NCBI GenBank assembly: GCA_003194425.1
Contig: PQXB01000005.1
Coordinates: 1 to 20,022, forward strand
DNA length: 20,022 nt
Origin: Candidatus Methanophagaceae archaeon
GTDB taxonomy: Archaea > Halobacteriota > Syntropharchaeia > Alkanophagales > Methanospirareceae
Reading direction: 5' to 3'
The number at the start of each line of letters is the position of its first letter. Within the stretch, counting starts at the first letter, position 1. The notes below the pieces were generated by a model. The model saw nothing but the letters and a program-made list of their open reading frames with translations, ran no database searches and had not been told where the DNA came from. Shown one piece after another: positions 12,823-20,022 of the stretch. Position numbers and translations under genes: made by a program.

Positions 12823-14556
12823 TTAAGTTGAGGTAAAATTGCCGTAACAGTTGACCCCTGCGAACCTCTCTCGGTAAGCTTTTAACAAGGGCGTCAGGCT
12901 TCGTTCCGGTGCTTTTGCTTTAACGCTTTTCAGCCGCTCTTCAATCTCGGCGTCGGTCAGACGGACGTTCAGCCGTCTGTTTGGAATGTCGATCTCAACG
13001 GTGTCGCCGTCTTGCACCGCTGCGATTGCACCTCCGTTGAACGCTTCCATTTCGATGTGGCCGACGCAGGGACCGGTGGTGGCGCCGGAGAATCTGCCGT
13101 CTGTGATTAGAGCCACGCGTTTGTAGCCTGCCCCGATTATCGCGTCGGTTGGCGTCAGCATTTCCGGCATTCCTGGCGCGCCCGCAGGTCCCTGGAACGG
13201 CAGCACGACCACGTCGCCCTCTGCAATTTTACCTAACTCAATCGCGTCCAGCAACGCCTTCTCGGTGTAGAAGACCTTGGCGGGACCGGAATGAACCATC
13301 ATTTCTCTGCCGACCGCGGTCTGCTTTACTACCGCGCTGTTCGCGATGTTTCCTCTTAGCACTGCGATTCCGCCCTCTGGGAAGTACGCGTTCTCGAGCG
13401 TTCGGACAACCTCGTCGTCCAGCACTCGCCCCTCCTCCGCCACCTTTTTTATTGTTTTTGGTTTTCCGTTTCCGTCTCCGTTTCCTTTTTCATCCCCCTC
13501 TCCGTCTCTGTTCACGGTCGGCGAGTCTTTTATTTTGTCTTTCAGGCGGTTGAGGACTGCGGGAACGCCACCTGCTCGGTCGAGGTCCGCCATTTCGTGC
13601 GTGCCCGAGGGGATGATTTTGCAGAGGTTCGGCGTCTCTCTCGAGATCTCGTCGAACATTTCTACCCCAATTTCAACGCCCGCTTCTCTGGCTACCGCGG
13701 GAATGTGCAGGACCGCGTTCGTCGAGCCGCCCATCGCCATATCCACTCTAATCGCGTTCTCAAAAGCGTTCTCGGTCATTATTTCCCGCGGCGTAACGCC
13801 CTCTCTAACCAGTTCAACAATTCTCCTCCCGGTTTCGTACGCCTGCTGCTTCTTCCGCGGGTCGGTCGCCAGCGTCGTCGCACAGCCGGTCAGCGACATT
13901 CCCAGCACCTCGGTAGCAACCGCCATCGTGTTCGCGGTGTAAAGCCCGACGCAAGAACCCGCACCGCAAGCCAAAAGCGGAAGCATCTTCTCCGCCTCTT
14001 CCGCTGTCATCGCACCGCTCTTGACCCTACCCACGATGCCAAAGCCTTCGATGGGGTGGTGCTTCTTTACTTCGCCCGCTCTTCCCCCCTCGACCTCCAC
14101 GACATTTGCCTTCATCGGTCCGCCGGTAAGAAGAATCGCCGGCAGGTTGAGCCGTCCCGCTGCCATCAGCATTCCTGGCGTAATTTTGTCGCAGTTCGTC
14201 ACCCCAACCCAGCCGTCCAAGGAGTGCGAGAGCGTCATTATTTCGATGTTGTCCGCGATGTGTTCCCTGCTCGGAAGCGACAGCCGCATCTCCACAAACA
14301 TCGCAACGCCGTCGCAGACGCCTGGCACGCCCCACTCCAAAGGAACTCCGCCCGCGTCTCTAACCCCTCTCTTCACTTCCTCGGTCAGTGCATTCAAGTG
14401 AATATGCCCTGGAATGATGTTGTTGTAGCTGTTAGCGACGCCGACGAACGGCTTGTCCCGCTCACGCTCAAAGTCCTCTGCTTTTAGCCCCGCCGAGATC
14501 AGCAGCGCCCTGTGCGGCAGTGTCTCGATTTGCTCCTTTAAGATGTCTGAACGCAT
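12823..14556 (-). CDS. ilvD: dihydroxy-acid dehydratase
   Basis: This 577-aa ORF carries IlvD/Edd hallmarks: PFVGVANSYN, TNCDKITPGMLMA, GGSTN, ALITDGRFSG and GHI. A low-complexity insertion, GEGDEKGNGDGNGKPK, lies at about 13459..13510. Confidence 0.95.
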   Translation of the reverse strand: MRSDILKEQIETLPHRALLISAGLKAEDFERERDKPFVGVANSYNNIIPGHIHLNALTEEVKRGVRDAGGVPLEWGVPGVCDGVAMFVEMRLSLPSREHIADNIEIMTLSHSLDGWVGVTNCDKITPGMLMAAGRLNLPAILLTGGPMKANVVEVEGGRAGEVKKHHPIEGFGIVGRVKSGAMTAEEAEKMLPLLACGAGSCVGLYTANTMAVATEVLGMSLTGCATTLATDPRKKQQAYETGRRIVELVREGVTPREIMTENAFENAIRVDMAMGGSTNAVLHIPAVAREAGVEIGVEMFDEISRETPNLCKIIPSGTHEMADLDRAGGVPAVLNRLKDKIKDSPTVNRDGEGDEKGNGDGNGKPKTIKKVAEEGRVLDDEVVRTLENAYFPEGGIAVLRGNIANSAVVKQTAVGREMMVHSGPAKVFYTEKALLDAIELGKIAEGDVVVLPFQGPAGAPGMPEMLTPTDAIIGAGYKRVALITDGRFSGATTGPCVGHIEMEAFNGGAIAAVQDGDTVEIDIPNRRLNVRLTDAEIEERLKSVKAKAPERSLTPLLKAYRERFAGVNCYGNFTST

Positions 14557-14612
14557 TTTTCTCTTCTCTCTCTAAAATAAGAATTAAAATAAAAATAAAA
14601 ATAAAAAAAGGA

Positions 14613-14638
14613 AGTAGAGGTTTAGTAGCAAACCTACT
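14613..14638 (-). terminator. hairpin followed by an oligo-T run directly after the repeat-protein stop codon
   Basis: The minus strand reads agtaggttt-gctact-aaacc(t)ctact, a 10-bp stem with one bulge. It is followed by TCC and a run of seven T (plus-strand A-run 14603..14609, with an eighth T one base further on). Confidence 0.5.
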
Positions 14639-16288
14639 TTAGGCAGCGAACTCTACTCCTTCCAGTTCTTTTGCGATTTCCTCCGCGATTTCTTCGGGTT
14701 CTGCTTTTGCTTCTGCTTCTTGCGTTGTTCTTGGGTTGTACTTCCAATTTGCTGTGTCGCTGCTGATCGTCGCGTACGGCGCCGTCGGCTCCAACAACGC
14801 AACGTACCACACCGCGTCAAATCCTACCAAGCCCCAGTTACCTACCAGAATCGAAAAGTTGTAGGTCTGGTCGGAGTTTGGCGGCAGCGTTAGTGGCGTG
14901 CTCAAAATCGGTGACCAGTAGCCGTAACTCGGCAGTCCCAAGTACCAGATGAAATAACTGTCCACGCTACTTGCTGTTGGGTTTTTTAAGCCGATTGTGA
15001 CTGTCATTGTCTCGCCGGGTTTGTAGCTCGGTTTGTTTGTTGCGACTGAGACAGTTGGTTTTACTGGTTTTCCCTTTACCTTCACGAGCCAGAAATCATA
15101 GTTACCTGCACCGTACGAAGTTGTGTCTCCAGCGAGGATGTAGCCGCCGTCTGTTGTCTGCTGGACCGAGTTTGCACCCTCACCGCGAGTTCCACCAAAG
15201 GTCTTGTTCCACTCCTCGTTTCCGTTTGCGTCAGTTTTCACCAGCCAAACATCGTCATCCCACCAACCCGCCCCGTACGAGCTCGTGGATCCAGCAAAGA
15301 TGTAGCCGCCGTCTGTCGTCTGTTGAACTGAGTGTGCCTTATCATCACTAACACCACCAAAAGTCTTTTTCCAGATTTCATATCCGTTTGAATCGGTCTT
15401 CACCAGCAAGGCATCTGTCTCACCCGCCCCGTACGATTCTGTGTACCCTGCAACGATGTAATCGCCACTTGTGGTTTGTTGGACAGAATTAGCCTCATCC
15501 CAGTCAGCACCACCAAAAGTCCTGTCCCACTGCTTGTTTCCGTTTGCGTCGGTCTTCACCAGCCAGAAATCCATGTCACCAGCTCCGTACGACTCTGTGT
15601 ATCCAGCAAAGATGTAGCCACCGCCCGTGGTCTGCTGGACAGCCATTGCTACATCAGGGTTTGTTCCGCCGAAGGTCCTGTCCCATTGCTTGTTCCCGTT
15701 TGCATCTGTTTTTATTAGCCACGCATCAGCTAAACTAGCGCCGTATGCATCCTTGAATCCCGCGAGGATGTAGCCTCCGTCCGTGGTCTGCTGGACCGCC
15801 CATGTACCATCATAGTCAGTCCCACCAAAAGTCTTGTCCCACTGCATGTTTCCGTTTGAATCGGTCTTCACCAGCCAGGCATCATTCTTACCCGCCCCGC
15901 ACGAATTCGTGTATCCAGCAAGGATGTAGCCTCCATCTGTCGTCTGTTGGACTGATTCTACGAAATCACAGCGAGTTCCACCAAAGGTCTTGTTCCACTC
16001 CTCGTTTCCGTTTGCATCTGTCTTCACCAACCAGAAAGCAACGAAACCAGCCCCGTACGATTCTGTGTACCCTGCAACGATGTAACCTCCATCTGTCGTT
16101 TGCTGAACCGACCTTGCGTAATCACTACCAGTACCTCCAAAGGTCTTGTTCCACTCCTCTGCCGGCGCTGTTGCACCGCTTGCGCTGCCAAGAGCGGTAG
16201 CAACTAAAGCCAGCACTGCGAACAGTACTGCAAAAGCAAAAAAATTCGGTTTTCTTTCTTCGTATTTTTTAGATTGTTTGGTGTTCAT
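14639..16288 (-). CDS. secreted protein with seven 52-aa beta-propeller-like repeats and a C-terminal beta-rich domain
   Basis: The N-terminus has a signal or TM segment (FFAFAVLFAVLALVATALG). Seven repeats of W[ND]KTFGG..D.A.SVQQTTDGGYI.AGYT.SYGAG..D.WLVKTD.NGN have their W residues at aa 46, 98, 150, 202, 254, 306 and 360. A strong SD lies upstream. Confidence 0.85.
   Translation of the reverse strand: MNTKQSKKYEERKPNFFAFAVLFAVLALVATALGSASGATAPAEEWNKTFGGTGSDYARSVQQTTDGGYIVAGYTESYGAGFVAFWLVKTDANGNEEWNKTFGGTRCDFVESVQQTTDGGYILAGYTNSCGAGKNDAWLVKTDSNGNMQWDKTFGGTDYDGTWAVQQTTDGGYILAGFKDAYGASLADAWLIKTDANGNKQWDRTFGGTNPDVAMAVQQTTGGGYIFAGYTESYGAGDMDFWLVKTDANGNKQWDRTFGGADWDEANSVQQTTSGDYIVAGYTESYGAGETDALLVKTDSNGYEIWKKTFGGVSDDKAHSVQQTTDGGYIFAGSTSSYGAGWWDDDVWLVKTDANGNEEWNKTFGGTRGEGANSVQQTTDGGYILAGDTTSYGAGNYDFWLVKVKGKPVKPTVSVATNKPSYKPGETMTVTIGLKNPTASSVDSYFIWYLGLPSYGYWSPILSTPLTLPPNSDQTYNFSILVGNWGLVGFDAVWYVALLEPTAPYATISSDTANWKYNPRTTQEAEAKAEPEEIAEEIAKELEGVEFAA
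15080..16153 (-). repeat. seven tandem intragenic repeats of about 156 nt
   Basis: The period is derived from the protein repeat positions. Long stretches that are identical or differ at only a few bases recur at the DNA level, for example ccaccaaaggtcttgttccactcctcgtttccgtttgc at about 15193 and 15979. Confidence 0.85.
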
Positions 16289-16297
16289 TTTTTTTGT

Positions 16298-16305
16298 TCA
16301 CCTCC
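16298..16305 (-). promoter_or_regulatory. Shine-Dalgarno GGAGGTGA, 9 nt upstream of ATG 16288
   Basis: Plus-strand tcacctcc is fully complementary to the conserved 16S rRNA 3' end motif. Confidence 0.6.
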
Positions 16306-16565
16306 TAATTTTTTTATGCTGGGAAAAGTGGAGTGTCTCCTGACTTGCCCTTCTCTTCGCCTTTTCTTCTTCGCGTTCTCGCCCCCTTCCTTCGTACTTC
16401 GGAAGCGAGAGGGTAAAGGGCACCGTTTCCTTTTTCACTACCTCTGCCCCGTTTCCCTCTTTCTCACACTTTCCCCTCGATCTTACTTTTCAAGTCAGAA
16501 GACATTAAATATCTTTTATAAATATAAAACAAAATAACCTTTTTCTCTTTTTCTTTTAGCACAGG

Positions 16566-18344
16566 TTACATTTCTTCCGGCGCCTCAACACCCAGCACCT
16601 CCAAAACCCGACTCAAGACAATCTTCGCACACTCCACGAGAACCAACCTCGCTTCTCTCACCTCCACCTTCTCTGCAGTCAAGACCGGACAGTCCTTGTA
16701 AAACAAATTAAAACTCTCGGCAAGTTCCCTCGCGTATTTAGCGACCAAATGCGGTCTCAACTCGGACGCCGCCGCCTCCACAACACTCTCAAACTTCGCC
16801 AACTTCTTCACCAACTCCTTCTCGCTCTCCTCGTGCAGCCACAGCCGAGAAGCCTCGCTGCCGCGCGCTGTTGCGGCAGCGGTCGCAGCCCTTAAAATGC
16901 TGCAGGCTCGTGCGTGCGAGTACTGAACGAACGGAGCGCCCTTCTTCTCGATGTCCAGAGCGTTCTCCAAGTCAAAAACAATGTGCTTCTCCGGCGAGAC
17001 CTTCACAATGTCGTACCGCAACGCCCCAACTCCGACCCTCCTCGCAATCTCACGCCTCTTCCCCTCGCTCAAATCCCGCCTCCTCTTAGACACCTCCTCG
17101 TACGCCCGCTCCTCAATCTTCTCAATCAACTCGTCCACCGAAATGTACCTGCCTGCACGCGTGGAGAGCGACCCGCTCGGCAGCGAAACGAACTCAAAAA
17201 GGACAAACTCCGGCAGCACCCGCACGCCCAAAATCTCCAACGCCTTCGCCAACTGCTGCGAGACCAACTCGTGGTCCTTCCCGAATACATCAATTATTCG
17301 ATCCACTCGGTCGCCCCGCTCGCTCTTCCACCTGTGGTAAGCGAGGTCTCGTGCGGTGTAGAGCGAAGTCCCGTCGCTCCGCTGCACCACCAACTCCTTC
17401 CCAATCCCCTCCAATTTCAGCAGAACCGCAGAACCCTCAAACCGAACCTCTCCCTTCCGCTTTAACTCTTCTAACACCTCCGCCACTGCCCCGCTCCTCA
17501 CAAACTCGCTTTCCCAAACGAAGAGGTCGTGCCGAATATTCAAACGCTCCAAAGACGCCCGAACTCCAGAAAGGCACTTCTCCACCACCGCCTTGTACCT
17601 CCGCACCACCTCCTCGTCCCCCACCTCGTACTTCCTCATCAACTCCCCTACTGACTTCTCCGCCTCTGTTTCTGCCTCCACTGTTTCTGCCTCCACTGTT
17701 TCTGCCGCCGCTTCCTTTTCCGCCTCAAGCAGCTTGTTTGCGGCGATGTAAACATCGGCAACCGCGTGGTCTGGTTTTTTGTCCGCGGCAACCTCTAACC
17801 TCTCCGCACCCCAGACCGCGACTCCAATTTGCCGCCCCATGTCATTCACGTAATACTGCGTCTCCACCGCGAACCCAGCACGCTTCAGCACCCGCACTAG
17901 CACATCGCCGATAATCGCGTTTCTGAGATGCCCGATGTGTAAGGGACCGTCAGCGTTCGCAGAAGTGTGCTCAATTATGATTTTCCCCCGCCTCTTCTCC
18001 GCCGCAGCAGGCTTCGCTCCTTCTTCGTCTTTTATCCTCTGCAAAGTCTTCTGCAAGAAGAAATCGTTCGCATAAAAATTGATGTAGGGACCGACAGCGA
18101 CGGCTTTTAATATTAATTTTGAATCCGCACTCGTCTCCGTCAATTCCAAGTGCCGCACAATTTCTTCCGCGACAACGGAGGGCGGCTGCTTGTGAGTGCG
18201 GGCTAACGAGAAGGCGACACGGGACGAAATGTCGGCGTGCTCGCTCTCCTCTAACTCCAACTCCTCGCCTGCCGCCGCGTACGAAGCTTTTTTCAACGCC
18301 TTGGTCAGCACTTTTTCCACTTCTTTTTTGAATTCACGAAACAT
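16566..18344 (-). CDS. argS: arginine--tRNA ligase
   Basis: The class I HIGH motif is present (GPLHIGHLRNAIIGD), along with the usual ArgRS N-terminal and anticodon-binding regions. The ORF-track start at 18395 is a TTG that lies inside a duplicated promoter element. I prefer ATG 18344 (MFREFKKEVEK...). An ETVEA repeat insertion lies at 17666..17710. Confidence 0.92.
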   Translation of the reverse strand: MFREFKKEVEKVLTKALKKASYAAAGEELELEESEHADISSRVAFSLARTHKQPPSVVAEEIVRHLELTETSADSKLILKAVAVGPYINFYANDFFLQKTLQRIKDEEGAKPAAAEKRRGKIIIEHTSANADGPLHIGHLRNAIIGDVLVRVLKRAGFAVETQYYVNDMGRQIGVAVWGAERLEVAADKKPDHAVADVYIAANKLLEAEKEAAAETVEAETVEAETEAEKSVGELMRKYEVGDEEVVRRYKAVVEKCLSGVRASLERLNIRHDLFVWESEFVRSGAVAEVLEELKRKGEVRFEGSAVLLKLEGIGKELVVQRSDGTSLYTARDLAYHRWKSERGDRVDRIIDVFGKDHELVSQQLAKALEILGVRVLPEFVLFEFVSLPSGSLSTRAGRYISVDELIEKIEERAYEEVSKRRRDLSEGKRREIARRVGVGALRYDIVKVSPEKHIVFDLENALDIEKKGAPFVQYSHARACSILRAATAAATARGSEASRLWLHEESEKELVKKLAKFESVVEAAASELRPHLVAKYARELAESFNLFYKDCPVLTAEKVEVREARLVLVECAKIVLSRVLEVLGVEAPEEM

Positions 18345-18375
18345 CTCGCTTTCCAAAAATCCCGTTTCCTTTATT

Positions 18376-18442
18376 AAAATTTTCTTTTTGGTCAAACTTT
18401 TCCTAAAAAAAATTTTCTTTTTTGGTCAAACTTTTCCTAAAA
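18376..18442. repeat. tandem duplication, 2 x about 33 bp (aaaattttcttttt(t)ggtcaaacttttcctaaaa)
   Basis: Direct reading places copy 1 from 18376 and copy 2 from 18409, differing by T5 versus T6. Copy 2 completes a perfect inverted repeat with 9-bp arms, caaactttt-cct-aaaagtttg, at 18427..18447. Confidence 0.85.
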
Positions 18443-18466
18443 GTTTGGTTTGTAAAAAAACGAAAA

Positions 18467-18490
18467 GAGGGGATAAAAAAAGCACCCCTC
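18467..18490 (-). terminator. GC-stem hairpin (gagggg/cccctc, 12-nt loop) followed by T-tracts on the minus strand
   Basis: It lies about 45 nt downstream of the S-layer-like gene stop. The minus strand reads gaggggtgctttttttatcccctc TTTT cg TTTTTTT. Confidence 0.4.
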
Positions 18491-18534
18491 AAAAATTTTT
18501 TATAGTCCTTTTCTCTCTTGTCTTCTCTTGGGTT

Positions 18535-20022
18535 TCACTCCCTTCTCCTACTCAGCACGAGGTAAGCGACTGCTAACAAGCCTGCAATTGCGACTACTGA
18601 CTCAAAGCCCGGTATTCTCCCTCCTGGTGTCGGTGTCGGTGTTGTAGTTTCATTTCCCGTCGGCGTCGGCGTGGTTACTTCTGGTGTCGGTGTCGGCGTG
18701 GTTACTTCTGGTGTCGGTGTCGGTGTTGTAGTTTCATTTCCCGTCGGCGTCGGCGTTGGTGGTGCTTCTGGTCCTATCGTCACTTCTATCGTGTCTGTAT
18801 TCCCGTCGCCGTCGTCTGCTTCAAGCGTGTAAGTCCCCTCTTCAGCACCGGTTGTGTCTATTGTCATTGTGAACACTCCTTCTTCCGCGGTTGGCCATTC
18901 CACTATCGCTGCATCTCCGCTCAATTCTCCAGGTCCTGCAAGTGTCGAAAATGTAATTATTGATTCAGGCTCTCTGTTCGTCGTTCCGGTTATGTTCAAC
19001 GGTTCTCCTGCTGGTACTGACTCGATTGGATTTAGTCTAACGTACGGCGACTCAACCTTGAAGGTAAATATCTCTACCAGGTCATCACTGCCCGCCTCAT
19101 CAATCGTTTTATCCAGAATCATTGCTATTAGCTGTTTCTGGTCCTTGCCATCTGGATTTATAATATCCGGGAAGAAGTCATCGAAATCGCCATCCTCAAT
19201 ATTTGTGACCCCATAGACGCCATCTCGTCCTGGTGAAAGAACAATTGCTTTCCAGATACCAGTGTCTAAATCCTCGATCATCATTGTCTCTTCACTGAAT
19301 TCATTGCTCTCGGATACTGATATTGAATCTACGTCAAGCCCGTACTGGACTTCATATCTTTCTCCTGTATATCCCTTAGGACCTATAAGAACGAGATCCA
19401 CATTGTCCACACCTGTTGCTGATCCTTCTATCACATAGTCATCGTCCTCTGCGACTACATTCCTCAACTGCTTAGCGTCAAGTCCTGGCACAATCAGCCT
19501 TATACTCGTTTTTCCATCTTCGTCTATGCCCTCATTCTGTAGTTCACGGTATGCTTCTAGCCCTGTCATATCCTTCTTAGTCAGCGTAGAATCTATGTAA
19601 ACCTCAATCGTGTACGAACCAGCTGTTGTTCCCGCTGTTCTCCAGGTTACATCGAATTCATTGTTCTCATCTACTGGCTCGTGATACTTGTACCACAGCC
19701 TTCCCTCGTCTATCAGTATGTCTACATAGTCTCCTGCACTTATCGTTCCTATAATGTCCACATCTTCACCGATTATCACACTGCGTGGTATATCAAAAGT
19801 TACCGTTGGCTCTCTTACTTGTATGTCTTCATCCTCGTAGTCTTCTGTCTCATCTCTATCGATATCGCTGTCATTAACGAACTCCCAGCAGTCTTCTTTT
19901 GTTTTGTAAGAAGCCGTAGCATTGCTAATATTAAGCAAGTGTCCATCGTCTTTTACTGGTTTGTAATAGACATAAATGGTGTAGGTTCTGTCATCCGCGC
20001 CTGTCGTGTCAATCTTAACCTC
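18535..20022 (-). CDS. large acidic S-layer-like surface glycoprotein with Thr/Pro linker and PGF-CTERM anchor; N-terminus lies outside the window
   Basis: The frame stays open through 19939..20022 (EVKIDTTGADDRTYTIYVYYKPVKDDGH...), so the TTG start in the ORF track is an artefact. The C-terminus reads PTPTPTGNETTTPTPTPEVTTPTPTPEVTTPTPTGNETTTPTPTPGGRIPGFESVVAIAGLLAVAYLVLSRRRE. Confidence 0.85.
   Translation of the reverse strand, partial: EVKIDTTGADDRTYTIYVYYKPVKDDGHLLNISNATASYKTKEDCWEFVNDSDIDRDETEDYEDEDIQVREPTVTFDIPRSVIIGEDVDIIGTISAGDYVDILIDEGRLWYKYHEPVDENNEFDVTWRTAGTTAGSYTIEVYIDSTLTKKDMTGLEAYRELQNEGIDEDGKTSIRLIVPGLDAKQLRNVVAEDDDYVIEGSATGVDNVDLVLIGPKGYTGERYEVQYGLDVDSISVSESNEFSEETMMIEDLDTGIWKAIVLSPGRDGVYGVTNIEDGDFDDFFPDIINPDGKDQKQLIAMILDKTIDEAGSDDLVEIFTFKVESPYVRLNPIESVPAGEPLNITGTTNREPESIITFSTLAGPGELSGDAAIVEWPTAEEGVFTMTIDTTGAEEGTYTLEADDGDGNTDTIEVTIGPEAPPTPTPTGNETTTPTPTPEVTTPTPTPEVTTPTPTGNETTTPTPTPGGRIPGFESVVAIAGLLAVAYLVLSRRRE

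Noticed and set aside
12808-12826. A short inverted repeat (ttaagtt / aacttaa) spans both stop codons of the convergent ybjQ and ilvD genes and could be a terminator.
   Set aside because: It has only 7 A/T-rich base pairs with a 5-nt loop. It is largely a by-product of two TAA stops with similar preceding codons, which is too weak to call.
18393-18395. A TTG at 18395 is a possible argS start, and similar TTG or GTG starts occur at 4460, 6175, 9155 and 19938.
   Set aside because: They lie in A/T-rich promoter-like sequence or, at 19938, within a frame that is open to the window edge. Downstream ATGs give N-termini that match the family alignments better. The argS case remains slightly ambiguous.
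1-20022. I searched for tRNA, rRNA and C/D-box sRNA genes and for mobile-element signatures.
   Set aside because: I saw no T-loop/acceptor pattern (GGTTCRAATCC or its complement). There is no rRNA-like conserved block and no RUGAUGA...CUGA pair in the spacers. There is no transposase or integrase ORF and no terminal inverted repeats. The tandem duplications are local and are not target-site duplications flanking an insert.

Overview
This window is a densely packed archaeal chromosomal segment that looks euryarchaeal. The evidence for that placement is an HMf-type histone, ribosomal protein P0, RNase P protein Rpp21, a family-B DNA polymerase, a NadM-type NMN adenylyltransferase and two PGF-CTERM sorting signals. 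It is mostly housekeeping. The calls are: PmbA/TldD-family protein, P0, an orphan hypothetical protein, a class-I aminotransferase, Rpp21, PolB, a histone, NMNAT, a PGF-CTERM surface protein, a DJ-1/PfpI protein, a small membrane protein translationally coupled to a YbjQ/UPF0145 protein, IlvD, a secreted protein with seven 52-aa repeats, ArgRS, and the 3' part of a large acidic S-layer-like PGF-CTERM glycoprotein. The left edge (1..562) carries a small accessory-looking cassette: a retropepsin-like gene, a 52-aa ORF and a partial ORF. I found no rRNA, tRNA, CRISPR array, transposase/integrase gene or recognisable defence operon, and I cannot support a new multi-gene system here. The most unusual signal is pervasive. 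Almost every conserved gene carries one or more in-frame short tandem-repeat, low-complexity insertions with units of 6 to 30 nt. These are nearly always purine-rich on the sense strand. Related GA-only tracts sit in 5' leaders and in one GA-only repeat ORF. Secondary oddities are listed here. P0 ends inside a perfect 9-bp tandem duplication that carries two in-frame TAG codons, it lacks the canonical acidic tail, and it has lost L11/L1/L12 synteny. The retropepsin-like ORF has its DSGAD catalytic motif in a different reading frame. Perfect tandem duplications lie in the P0 and argS promoter regions. Several divergent gene pairs are separated by only about 30-50 bp containing one A/T box. The aminotransferase and rnp4 genes overlap convergently by 67 bp.
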